Below are positions 1 to 10,331 of a stretch of 64,000 nt of DNA, piece after piece (position 1 is the stretch's first letter; each line of letters starts with the position of its first letter). The stretch covers positions 2,464,001-2,528,000 of the forward strand of contig CBDBCZ010000019.1 of NCBI GenBank assembly GCA_965203295.1. Direction: 5' to 3'. The notes beneath the pieces are model-generated. The model had not been told where the DNA came from. It made no database searches and worked only from the letters and a program-made list of their open reading frames with translations. A program made the translations under genes and the position numbers. The stretch is from Nitrospirales bacterium. Its GTDB lineage: Bacteria; Nitrospirota; Nitrospiria; Nitrospirales; UBA8639.

Positions 1-514
1 GATTGAATGTATCGGGAAAATTACTTCGTCCCACTACGCCCAACAATCCGAGCCTGAGTTGGCCCACGTGGACGATCGTTGAAGATTGACAGGGCAACTC
101 AAAACCTTCCGCTTGTAAATTTGTACAAAGGATGGGGAACGTGGCTTGGGTTTGAAGATTCTGTAAATGGTTCAAACCATAATCAAAATCGTGATTTCCA
201 GCTCCCATGGCATGATAGCCCATCAGATTCATCGCCTTGATATCTGGTTCTCCGCGAAACCAGGAAGAGAGTGCCGTTCCTATAAGAATATCTCCGGAGT
301 CCACGACCAACACATGACTAGTTTCCCGGCGTATTTCTTCAATGACGCTCGCTCGGCCCGCTAATCCTCCCACAGAACCGTTTCCTTCTTGTTCCAACGG
401 GAACGCTACACCATGGTGCTCACTGCTATGGAGGATTGTCAGCTTTTCAGCAGAATGGGAAGGTGGTACTAGCCAACCAAAAACAAGGACCGCAGTGAAA
501 TGCAGGGCCTTCAT
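1..514 (-). CDS. Secreted 5'-nucleotidase / UDP-sugar hydrolase-type metallophosphoesterase (3' end outside window)
   Basis: Manual translation from ATG 514: signal peptide, then LTILHSSEHHG...VVDSGD...AGNHDFDYG, the calcineurin-like phosphoesterase motifs. The frame is open to the window edge and is not in the ORF track. Confidence 0.85.
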   Translation of the reverse strand, partial: MKALHFTAVLVFGWLVPPSHSAEKLTILHSSEHHGVAFPLEQEGNGSVGGLAGRASVIEEIRRETSHVLVVDSGDILIGTALSSWFRGEPDIKAMNLMGYHAMGAGNHDFDYGLNHLQNLQTQATFPILCTNLQAEGFELPCQSSTIVHVGQLRLGLLGVVGRSNFPDTFN

Positions 515-709
515 TCTTTAAACCAACTGACGACTCTAGAGGCACAAGCCGCTCTTGAACAGCCCACCTTCACTGTCTTCAGAACGAATCCTCTCTTAAG
601 TGAACAGAATCCTATAAATACCCCCCCCGCCCTTCCAGGCGGGGAGTTCTCGATAAATTAAAGGAAAGAGTTTCTTCAACAAACCGAGACAACCTAATAC
701 GTGAATCAG

Positions 710-1921
710 CTAATTTTGCACGCATCGGAATCCAGCATGGGCGTAAGCATACCCTTGCCGGAACCAATTTCGAAAGGAACGCCTGACCAAACAATTTCCA
801 GTAAGAGCAGAGGCACCTTTGGCCACATAATGGTCCTTATCAAAAAAACGAGAGGAATACCCTGGATACGTTGGAATCGGGGAAAAACCATCAAATGGGT
901 GAAACTCCGTTGACGTCCATTCCCAGCCATTTCCGACCAATTGCGATACCCCAAAATCACTATCTCCTTGGGGGGCCGCTGAAACAGAAATAGGATCCCA
1001 ATGTTGAAAATTAAAATTTCCCTGACCCCCTGTGGGATTCTCGTTCCCCCAGGGATATAAACGCTCTTTGTTGTCCTTTGTCCCAAAAGCTGCCCGATGA
1101 AACTGAGCCTCGGTCGGCAAAGCCATCCCCGCCCACTCTGCATAGGCTTGAGCTTCCTTTAAGGATACGTACACTGGCCAATCCAGGGGAAGGAGAATTT
1201 CCCTAAACATGGTTTTGAGAAACCATTGCTTCCCATCACCCACCCAAAACGGAGGAGGAGGCGCTCCTTCGTTGACAAAACGGAGGTATTGGCCATTGGT
1301 CACCTTATATTTACTGATCGAAAAAGCCGGCACCGCCACCTTATGCTTACCGAATTCATTATCCCAGCCAAATCCTTCCTGTCGATCTCGTCCTAAGGTA
1401 GCTATCCCCGCTGGTATGTCAATCATTGTATGGACCGGAGGATGAGCCTGAGGGATGGGCAAATGGGGAGGAGCCACTTTTTCTTCCTCAGGAATATGAT
1501 GAAGGATGTAAGCTGTGGTCTCAGCATGCATCACCCGATGTTCAACCGCGACATGCACAATGTCCTCAGGAGCTTCTTCAATCGCCCTGTCCACTTCCAT
1601 CCGCACTCGGGAATTGTATTGCTGGACTTCCTCAACGCAGGGCCAATCCGATGGTTGATCATGGGGTAATTCATCCTCACCAGGATCGATCCCAGCCTCA
1701 AACAGTTGATCAAACTCGGGATGAAAGGATGGTTTATTCAATGTCCATCGACAGATTTGGTTACAGTCGAATGCTTCTAAATGTCCAAGGTAGAAGATCA
1801 CACGGTGGCGTTTGGGGATAGGACGTTGGTAGAAACTCTGTGGCTTGATCAAAGAAAAGATGGCATCAGTCTTGGCTCGGGCCTCAGCCAATTCGACTCG
1901 CAAATGGTCTAAGGATCTCAT
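710..1921 (-). CDS. egtB: Non-heme iron sulfoxide synthase (EgtB/Egt1-like; DinB-like plus FGE-sulfatase domains)
   Basis: IFYLGH and EHRVMHAET supply a 3-His iron site. FGE-fold motifs LPTEAQF, GNGWEWT, YPGYS, FRNWF...AGFR. Lies near egtD. Confidence 0.85.
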   Translation of the reverse strand: MRSLDHLRVELAEARAKTDAIFSLIKPQSFYQRPIPKRHRVIFYLGHLEAFDCNQICRWTLNKPSFHPEFDQLFEAGIDPGEDELPHDQPSDWPCVEEVQQYNSRVRMEVDRAIEEAPEDIVHVAVEHRVMHAETTAYILHHIPEEEKVAPPHLPIPQAHPPVHTMIDIPAGIATLGRDRQEGFGWDNEFGKHKVAVPAFSISKYKVTNGQYLRFVNEGAPPPPFWVGDGKQWFLKTMFREILLPLDWPVYVSLKEAQAYAEWAGMALPTEAQFHRAAFGTKDNKERLYPWGNENPTGGQGNFNFQHWDPISVSAAPQGDSDFGVSQLVGNGWEWTSTEFHPFDGFSPIPTYPGYSSRFFDKDHYVAKGASALTGNCLVRRSFRNWFRQGYAYAHAGFRCVQN

Positions 1922-2331
1922 AAACGAACCTCATGAATGAAGAACACACGAAAGTTGGATGGATTTCCTCTATCTTTATCGGATTGACTCATTTCTTAAT
2001 AGGATTTGAAAACGGCTCAAGATCTAACCATTTACTTCTATTTACTTCTATTTCCTAAAAAGCTCAGAGATTTCGTCAAGGTAAAAATTTAAGATAATGA
2101 CCTGACGTTTGCAACCCTTGCTTACACATCGGTAAATATTCTAAGGCCACGCACCATATTCTTGCCCTTTTACCTTAAGATTCTTCAGCGAGACACCACT
2201 CCATTCATTCTAGAGATCTTTGATTTTCCCTGCTATCCTGAGCGGACCAATTGACCGGCTCCTTCAGCCGTGGAGTGGAGATCATCTTCGGCACCAAAGA
2301 AAGACACATCAGTCCCTCTTTACTGACATTT

Positions 2332-3090
2332 ATGACAAGCCCCGTTTTAGAAATTCGTGATGTGAGCAAACACTTTGGAGGGGGAGGTTATGCTCTTCGC
2401 AATGTTTCATTGACAGTCAACCAAGGGGAAACTGTCGTCTTGATCGGTGAAAGCGGCTCGGGAAAAACTACGCTTCTTCGGCTGTTCAATCGTCTTGAGA
2501 TCCCAAGCTCGGGTGAAATTTTGATCCAAGGGAAGGATATTAGTCAAGAAAACCCCATTTTATTGCGTCGCCGGCTAGGGTACGTCCAACAAGACGGAGG
2601 CCTTCTGCCCCATTGGACTGTGTCACGCAATGTTGGGCTGGTTCCGACTCTTCTCAAGTGGAACCAGGTTCAGCGCGATGAACGGGTGGACGCCATGTTG
2701 GAGCTCGTAAACTTAGATCCGGGTCATTATCGAAATCGATACCCATCTGAGCTTTCAGGAAGACAGCGACAGCGTATTGCCTTTGCACGGGCCATGGCAG
2801 CCGATCCTGCAATCGTTCTTCTTGATGAGCCATTCGGCGCACTTGATGCTATCACCCGCAATGAGCTTCAACAGCATTTCCTGCATCTCAAGGGCCAACT
2901 TCGAAAAACGATGGTACTGGTCACTCATGATTTACAGGAAGCCTTTCGGCTCGGAGACCGCGTCGCCGTTCTGCGAAACGGTCATCTGCTTCAAATCGGA
3001 TACCCCCATGATCTTCTGACACATCCCGCTGACGACTATGTCAAGACTCTTCTCGATCAAGGAGCTAGAGGGATTTCAAGCAATGAGTAA
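2332..3090 (+). CDS. Betaine/ergothioneine-type ABC transporter ATPase (OpuA/ProV/EgtV-like)
   Basis: Walker A GESGSGKT, Walker B/D-loop LLDEPFGALD, H-loop VTHD. Signature reads LSGRQ instead of LSGGQ. ATG 2332 preferred over TTG 2251. Confidence 0.85.
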   Translation: MTSPVLEIRDVSKHFGGGGYALRNVSLTVNQGETVVLIGESGSGKTTLLRLFNRLEIPSSGEILIQGKDISQENPILLRRRLGYVQQDGGLLPHWTVSRNVGLVPTLLKWNQVQRDERVDAMLELVNLDPGHYRNRYPSELSGRQRQRIAFARAMAADPAIVLLDEPFGALDAITRNELQQHFLHLKGQLRKTMVLVTHDLQEAFRLGDRVAVLRNGHLLQIGYPHDLLTHPADDYVKTLLDQGARGISSNE

Positions 3091-4676
3091 CCCTTTACGC
3101 CAAACACTGCGCGGTTTGCTTTTCATGGTAGACCTCATGGTTTTCTACATTGTCCCAGTTTGGGGGATAACTCCTGGAAGCCAAATTGTCGTCGGTTCCA
3201 AGAATTTTCTGGAAAATAAGTTACTGGCAGAAATTTTTGCACAACTCATTGAAGCCAAAACGGAATTGAAAGTGGAGCGACGATTAGGTCTTGCTGGAAC
3301 GCAGGTATGCTTTGAGGCGCTCAAAAATGGGGTGATTGATCTCTCATCCGGAATACACCGGCACCGGACTTGTTAGCATCCTAGGGCAACAACCCACAGG
3401 GCACGCTAATGAAGCCTTGCGAATTGTTCGATCCGAATTTATGAAACGCTGGGACCTGTGGTGGATTACCCCTTTGGGATTCGAAAATTCTTACGCCTTA
3501 GCGATTTCCCGAAAGCATGCGGAAGCGTTAGAACTGCGAACCATCTCTGATTTAGCCAAAGTTTCTCCCACATTATCAGCAGGATTGGGATATGAATTCA
3601 TTAAGCGCTCGGATGGATTGCCTGGATTGCAATCAGTCTACGGACTTCAGTTCAAACAGGTTCAAGGGATACAGCAAGCGTTGAAATATCAGGCAGTTGA
3701 CTCAGGATCGATCGATGTCCTCGATGTCTATAGGACCGATGGACGATTAGCGGTATATGATGTCACGATATTAGAGGATGATCAAGACTTTTTCCCACCT
3801 TACGAGGCAGCAGGCCTCATTCGCGGAGCCATCTTACAACAATACCAGGAGGTAGGGACGACGCTCAGTCTGCTCACGAATGCATTTGATGCGCCTACGA
3901 TGCGAACTCTCAACCTCCGACTTCAGGAACGCGGGGATTCCGTGGAACTGGTGGCCCGGGACGCACTTCGCTCATTAGGCCTCATGACGATAACTGGCAA
4001 GGAAGGAGACGAACTGTCGCAGACATCAACACAATCGGGGTTCTTATCCTACCTCTGGGCCAACAGACACACCTTAGCCATCCGCACAGGTGAACATATC
4101 CTCCTTGCTGGTTTCGCACTAGGCCTGGGCATTCTCGTTGCGATCCTTTTGGAGCTCGTTTTGGAACGAAAACGAAAGACGGCCGAGCCAATTATTCGAG
4201 CCATTGCCACGACCCAAACGATTCCTTCAATCGCACTCCTGGCTTTTATGATCCCCATGTTTGGCGTTGGGGTTCTCCCTGCTGTGATCGCCTTGTGGAT
4301 CTATTCACTGTTTCCCATATTACGAAACACGTATTCAGGCCTTCGAGACGCCGCTCCACAAGCTGTCGAAGCGGCAAGGGCCCTGGGAATGACTGAACGA
4401 CAGGTCCTACGTTGCGTTCGCCTTCCTCTAGCCGCACCGGTCATCATGGCAGGGGTTCGGACATCTGGTGTCATTACGATTGGGACCGCCACACTCGCGG
4501 CTTTCATCGGGGCAGGAGGATTGGGAGTTCCGATTGTTTCGGGTCTTCAAATGGCAGATACGACGATTATTCTTTCAGGCGCATTACCCGCAGCCATTCT
4601 GGCACTTGGTGTTGATGGGCTCCTCGGTCTGGTTGAACGATGGATCAAACCTCGTGGATTAGAAGCCCGACGATGA
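3083..4676 (+). pseudogene. Fused substrate-binding/permease of a betaine/ergothioneine ABC importer (OpuAC+OpuAB, EgtU-like), frameshifted
   Basis: VVGSKNFLE in one frame; PEYTGT, ENSYA, TIPSIAL, EAARALGM, IGAGGLG in another. One extra base at ~3345 (gat ctc tcat ccg) breaks the conserved DLYPEYTGT. Confidence 0.8.
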
Positions 4677-4942
4677 GATCTCTCTTGTTTTTTGAGAAAC
4701 CTTCCTCATTTCTATTGCAGGACTGAGACAAACAGGCTATAGTGCAACGCTTTGGATAAGAACTCCCTCCAAGCGATCTCCTTCTGGTAGCGGTTTTCCT
4801 GAGAAAGTTGTTACCATTCATTGTAGAATGAACCAGTTAAGATTGAGGACGGCCAGCAAGTCACCGGGAAACACGTAACATAGCTTTCGGGTTCTCTCCT
4901 CATCCTTCCATCCTTCATATACCTAATCACTTAAGAGGCACC

Positions 4943-5929
4943 ATGAAATCGACATCGTCTACTGATAACGTGATTATTGATGTTCATGTCACGACCGAAG
5001 ATCCAGAAGCCGTCCGGGAAGAAATTCGCTCTGGCCTTCTTTCTTCGCCACGCGTTCTTCCCACGAGATACATCTATGATGATCATGGTTCGGACTTGTT
5101 TGAGCAGATCTGTGAGTTACCCGAGTACTATCAAACTCGGACCGAATACCAAATACTTCTGGAGTATGCTGACCAGATCTTGAGCTTAACAGGAGCTGAT
5201 GAGTTGGTCGAATTGGGGTCGGGAGCGGCGACAAAGACTCGTGCCCTCTTGGATGCCATGGCCCGAGCACGGCAGCTTCAATTCTATGTTCCGTTTGATG
5301 TTAGTGAAGGCATCGTCCGCCGTGTGGCGAACGAACTCATCCAGGAGTATGAAGGGTTACAAGTTCACGGAGTCGTAGGGGACTTTTTGGCCCATTTAGA
5401 ACATATTCCCGAGGGAGGAAGACGATTAGTCGTGATTCTCGGAGGCACCATCGGCAATTTGGACCACCAAACGGCCTTCCGCTTTCTTTCTTCTATTCAT
5501 CGGGAAATGGCCTCAGGAGATTTTTTCTTGTTAGGTGTGCAACTGATCACCGATACCAATCGACTGGAAGCTGCCTATAATGATTCGGCCGGCATCACCG
5601 CGAAGTTTAATAAAAATATCCTGTCAGTCATGAAAGAAGTGGTAGGAGCAAACTTTGATCCAGAAACTTTTGAACATGTTGCTCGATACAACTCTCAACA
5701 CCATCGAATCGAAATGTCACTTCGTTCCCTTCGAGACCAAATCGTAGACTTTCCTAGCCTAGACCTGACCCTGCACCTTAAGAAAGACGAGGAAATTCTC
5801 ACTGAGATTAGCAATAAATACAACCGAGAACAAACCGAAGCTCTTTTATTGGAAACTGGTTTTGAGATGGTGGAATGGTACACGGACTCACAGCAATTAC
5901 ACGGTCTGGCCTTGGCGAAAAAACCTTGA
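4943..5929 (+). CDS. egtD: L-histidine N-alpha-methyltransferase
   Basis: LPTRYIYDDHGSDLFEQICELPEYYQTRTE, VELGSG, GGTIGN, AAYNDSAGITAKFN, TEISNKY. Confidence 0.93.
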   Translation: MKSTSSTDNVIIDVHVTTEDPEAVREEIRSGLLSSPRVLPTRYIYDDHGSDLFEQICELPEYYQTRTEYQILLEYADQILSLTGADELVELGSGAATKTRALLDAMARARQLQFYVPFDVSEGIVRRVANELIQEYEGLQVHGVVGDFLAHLEHIPEGGRRLVVILGGTIGNLDHQTAFRFLSSIHREMASGDFFLLGVQLITDTNRLEAAYNDSAGITAKFNKNILSVMKEVVGANFDPETFEHVARYNSQHHRIEMSLRSLRDQIVDFPSLDLTLHLKKDEEILTEISNKYNREQTEALLLETGFEMVEWYTDSQQLHGLALAKKP

Positions 5930-6024
5930 AATATTCTCCACCTTTCCCATTTATTCTAACTAGAAATTGTGGCTTCATCACCCCTAACAAAGATCCTTTC
6001 CCAACCCCTTTCATCACCTGAGCC

Positions 6025-7119
6025 ATGGTGTACTTGAACTATACTGCCCTGTGCCCCACTCGACCTGAGGCCGAAAACGAAAGCCACAAGACCTTGGCGG
6101 AATTCAAATCTTTGTTATATTCCAACGCAGGTATTGAATGGTATCTCCAAAAAGTTGGCGAGTGCCGAAAAACAATTGCCTCGTGGTTACACGTGGCAGA
6201 TCCTTCATCGATCGCCTTTGTCCCAAACGCCTCAACGGCCAATTACTTCGTTCTTTCATCACTGACTTGGAAGCCTCATGACATCATCCTCACATCCACC
6301 CACGAGAACCATTCCATCATACGTGAGCTTCGATCATTATCCCACCGTGGAGTTCGAGCCCAATTCCTGAACTCTACATCGCCAACTAAGCTGTTGGCCT
6401 CACTTAAACAACACCTCTCGTCTCAAAACGTCAAAGCTATTCTATTCAGCCATGTTTCGCACGTAGATGGACGAGTGTTCCCAATCTACGAAATTGGCTC
6501 ACTCGCCAAGGAGAAGAAGATTCTATTCATCGTGGATGGCGCTCAAGCAGTGGGGCATATTCCGATCGATTTAAGCAACCTGCCCTTTGATGTGTATTTT
6601 TTCCCAGGTCACAAATGGTGTTCCGGGCCCCTGGGAACCGGGGTCTTAGTCCTGCACGATCATTTTCTCAAATTCCATCCAACCTTTGGGGCCGAGTGGA
6701 TTGAAGAGGGCAAATCCGCCGCGACTCGTTTTGAGATAGGAACACACAATATTGGGTTGATCGCAGGCCTCGCAAGAGCCTGTGAATTAAAAAATAGTGA
6801 AGGGCTCACATCCCAGGAACAAGATCAACTCAGAAAACATGCCATGAAGGAGTTGGCCCCATTAACAGACATCCGTATTCACGAATGGAATGGTCCTCAG
6901 GCCCCTGGGATTCTTACATTGTCGCACCAAAACCCAGATTATCATCTTCATATGTATCATGACCTTAAAAGCAAATGGGATATTGTTGCCAAATGCTTCA
7001 TTGATTATCCGAAAGACGAAACGCCCGCCCTTCGACTCTCATGGGTGAAGTCTTCAGAGAAACAATGCCTGGAATTTGCTATTGAAAAAATAAAGGAATC
7101 TTTGGATTTCATCAGATAA
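6025..7119 (+). CDS. Class V PLP-dependent enzyme, probable hercynylcysteine sulfoxide C-S lyase (EgtE/Egt2-like)
   Basis: YLNY, SHVSHVDG, VDGAQAVGH, GHKWCSGPLGTG (PLP lysine), RFEIGT. Directly after egtD. Confidence 0.75.
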   Translation: MVYLNYTALCPTRPEAENESHKTLAEFKSLLYSNAGIEWYLQKVGECRKTIASWLHVADPSSIAFVPNASTANYFVLSSLTWKPHDIILTSTHENHSIIRELRSLSHRGVRAQFLNSTSPTKLLASLKQHLSSQNVKAILFSHVSHVDGRVFPIYEIGSLAKEKKILFIVDGAQAVGHIPIDLSNLPFDVYFFPGHKWCSGPLGTGVLVLHDHFLKFHPTFGAEWIEEGKSAATRFEIGTHNIGLIAGLARACELKNSEGLTSQEQDQLRKHAMKELAPLTDIRIHEWNGPQAPGILTLSHQNPDYHLHMYHDLKSKWDIVAKCFIDYPKDETPALRLSWVKSSEKQCLEFAIEKIKESLDFIR

Positions 7120-7241
7120 TGGCATGCCAACATCTCTGTGGCTTCACAGAGCAGGCATATCTAGCAGAAAGATAAAATAGAGAGACCCAGGAGACTAGGC
7201 AAATAAAGGACGGAAGTTGAAAAGACCGATCAATGAGGAGT

Positions 7242-7661
7242 TTACAGATACCCGCGCAGGATGTCTCGTCTAGTAACAATCCCAATCAACTTCCCTGAAG
7301 AGTCCACGACCAGCACGCGAATAAGGTGATTATTTTGCAATACATCGATAGCCGTCAACACATCTGTCCCTTGAGTCAACGAAACCGGATTGGGAGTCAT
7401 GATATCACCTGCCTTCAAATCATTTAACTGACGTCCCTTTCTCAGAGCGTTTAACAAATCAAACTCTGAGAGAATCCCAATCAATCGATTCTCATCGTCC
7501 ACAATCGGTATAGATCCAAACCCTTCCATCATCATGGAATAGAGCACTTCGGCGACATCATCCTGGTGCCCTGATTGAACATTCCTCTCCATGACTTGGC
7601 CTAACGTCAGGTGACCAAACTTAGAATCGCGCATGCTCGCCCGTGCATCTTTCTCCGTCAT
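7242..7661 (-). CDS. CBS domain pair protein
   Basis: Two CBS repeats (IPIVDDENRLIGILSEFDL; VVDSSGKLIGIVTRRDIL). Confidence 0.9.
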   Translation of the reverse strand: MTEKDARASMRDSKFGHLTLGQVMERNVQSGHQDDVAEVLYSMMMEGFGSIPIVDDENRLIGILSEFDLLNALRKGRQLNDLKAGDIMTPNPVSLTQGTDVLTAIDVLQNNHLIRVLVVDSSGKLIGIVTRRDILRGYL

Positions 7662-7862
7662 AGTACTATCCTTTCACAAGCAGAGAGTTATACCTACGTC
7701 CGAATCTTTTTCGCCAAAAACAATCACGACAATGATCACATTGCATAAGTAAAAATAACACGATCGGATCTTAGGTTTCCAGAATAGAAGTCCTTATTCG
7801 ATAGAAATTTTTCCTCCCAGTATGGCTTTTCTTACGAGTTTATGCCCGCTTTTCTTAACGGA

Positions 7863-8782
7863 TTAGCAGAACGACACTTCATTATCAGACATTTTGATTT
7901 CCAAGATCTTATCAGGTCCCAACCCTGGAATATTGACAGAATGGGCCTCTACTTGGTCGACCGCTTCTTGTGGCACCAGCCCGACAATTTCACATTGCAA
8001 CACCTCAATTCCATGGGAGCTCGCCTCCTGTTTCACCGCGTCGAACACGACATGAAGTGGAGTTTCATGATAATCAGTCAAGTTCATGGAGACCTGGACC
8101 AAATCTCGACTTTTCAGTTCGACTCCCATGGCTTTAAGAGCAGAAAAGCCGCCGCTTGACGTTCGTATTTTTCTGGCAATAGCCTGAGCAACAGTCAAGT
8201 TGTTGGTATTGAGTACCATAATTAAAGGCAATCAGCGGCTTTCGTGCCCCAATGACAACCACACCGGCTGTTGGATACAAATGATTTTGTCCGAAATCTG
8301 GGGTCCAAGAAGGCTGGTCCTTCACGCGTTGACCTAAGCCCGTAAGCCCACCACGCCGAATGGTTTCGAGCCTCGATCGGTCTACCTGAGAGCAAGCCTC
8401 ATCATAACAAGAAAACAGGAATGTTCAGATCCTTCCCAATACGAGCCCCTACCTGTTTGGCGACTTGTACGCAGTCGTCAAGAGACGCACCTTTCAGTGG
8501 CACAAAAGGCACAACGTCTACCACTCCCACACATGGATGAACTCCAGAATGGGAATGGATGTTCAGAAGGGATTGAGCCGTTCTGATAAGCGCATAGGCG
8601 GCTTCCCCAACCAGATCAGGAGAGCCCACAAACGTAAACACTGTCCGGTTATGATCAGGATCTATGTGTTGGTCTATAACTGATACTCCTTTGATCTCTT
8701 GAATGGATTACAAAAGAGCTCTAATAATGGCTGAATTTTGCCCTTCACTTACATTGGGGATGCATTCGATGAGCGGGTTCAT
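7863..8782 (-). pseudogene. ftcD: Glutamate formiminotransferase, disrupted
   Basis: MNPLIECIPNVSEG...DPDHNRTVFT...GVHP...DVVPFVPL...IRRGG...PDFG...GARKPLIAFN...QVSMNL. In-frame TAA at 8708-8710 and frameshifts near 8405 and 8221. Confidence 0.88.
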
Positions 8783-8971
8783 AATCCAATAAGGAAAGGG
8801 GGCAGCCTTACACGAAAGTGCAGCATTCTCATATAGGTAAAACGGCTCTTTTCTTGACAAGCCGAAAATTGGTCTCTTATACTGAAAATACGCGAAAAAT
8901 CTTCGTTTTTTCTTCTCGTTTCTCGCTCACACAAATGACAGTGATGTTTCATCTTATATATAGGTGCTCCC

Positions 8972-9502
8972 ATGAACGCAACTAAAATCGAGCCCGCCAC
9001 TGCTTTAGCTGAACTGCAAGAGACCAAACCTGAAAAAGTCACCCTCGTGCTATTGAGCGGGGATATGGACAAAGCGATGGCCGCTTTCATCATCGCCACC
9101 GGGGCTGCGGCTATGGGCATGCACGTCACCATGTTTTTTACCTTTTGGGGTCTCAACGTCATTCGGAAACAAGGCTCAACCAGTTCCGCAAAAGATCTGC
9201 TTCGACGAATGTTTGGCATGCTCAATAAGGGTGGAGCAGACAACTTACCCCTTTCCCGATTTAATTTTGGGGGACTGGGAACCAATATGATGAAAAAAGT
9301 GATGAAAGATAATCGTATGCCTGGAGTCCCAGAATTAATAGAAACAGCTCAAGACCTGGGCGTGAAAATGATCGCTTGCACCACAACTCTCGGATTAATG
9401 GGCATTTCCAAAGACACATTGATTAAGGGTGTCGATCAACTCGCAGGCGTATCAACGTATTTGGCTGAAGCCAAAGACGGCTCTGTGAATTTATTTATCT
9501 GA
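8972..9502 (+). CDS. DsrE/DsrF/DrsH-like (DsrE2) sulfur relay protein
   Basis: SGDMDKAMAAFIIATGAAAMG, FFTFWGL, IACTTT. Confidence 0.88.
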   Translation: MNATKIEPATALAELQETKPEKVTLVLLSGDMDKAMAAFIIATGAAAMGMHVTMFFTFWGLNVIRKQGSTSSAKDLLRRMFGMLNKGGADNLPLSRFNFGGLGTNMMKKVMKDNRMPGVPELIETAQDLGVKMIACTTTLGLMGISKDTLIKGVDQLAGVSTYLAEAKDGSVNLFI

Positions 9503-9546
9503 GTAGCAGTTCGTAGCTTTTGGTTACATAAATAGAGGAGTTATTC

Positions 9547-9795
9547 ATGATCCAGTCTGATGTGAAACTTGATACGCTTGGGTATTTCTGCCCAATGCCA
9601 ATTATCTTAACGTCTAAGAAAATCAAAGAACTCGGAATGGGACAGGTCCTAGAAGTACTATCCGATGATGAAGGGATTAAAAAAGATATGCCGGCCTGGT
9701 GCCAAACCACCGGCCATGAAATGGTAGGATTAGAAGAAGAAGAAGATACAAACCCGAAGAAGGTTTATAAAGCCTTCGTGAAAAAGACCAAATAG
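9547..9795 (+). CDS. tusA: TusA/SirA-family sulfurtransferase
   Basis: LDTLGYFCPMPII motif; DMPAWC. Confidence 0.88.
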   Translation: MIQSDVKLDTLGYFCPMPIILTSKKIKELGMGQVLEVLSDDEGIKKDMPAWCQTTGHEMVGLEEEEDTNPKKVYKAFVKKTK

Positions 9796-10331
9796 CATTT
9801 TTGACACACTTGCAGTTTTGGGCTCTGGACTTTTTTGTTACGGTCTTTGAGTAATAAGCATCCTTCCCAATTCCAGCCTGAACTGAAACGATATCCAACG
9901 CTTGACCTCTAACTAATCGTCCCTGAAAAAATCGAATACTCTCGTATTCATGGTCTATTCATCGTGTTTCAGGGACGACGAATTAAGGTGGGACAAGAAG
10001 GATGTATCTAATTGGATACAGAATTGTCTTTTTTTGGTTTTATTTTTTGGAACCTCAGCAGCTGATATAGAGGGAGAGATTTCGTGCTTCCAAAGGAGGT
10101 GGGGTTTATCCCGAATTCAGCAGTTGAAAATCTATGCCTCTTATTCGCAGCTTGGGACTTGGGTCACTCAAAAGTTCAAGAATTTTCACTGGTTTGAACT
10201 GCGCCACACAGTTGAATGATGCCTCAGTCTGTGTTTTTCAATAGACCACCCTTACTGGATTCACGTGATTGAAGGTCCCCAAAAAATGAACTGCTGAATT
10301 CGGATTTATATTTCACGACAAAAGGGCTTGA

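Noticed and set aside
2031..2050. Tandem duplication TTTACTTCTA x2 in the egtB divergent promoter region
   Set aside because: Only two copies in AT-rich DNA; could be slippage or chance.
9950..10219. 89-aa ORF between tusA and nuoN
   Set aside because: No recognisable domain or RBS; probably spurious or decayed sequence.
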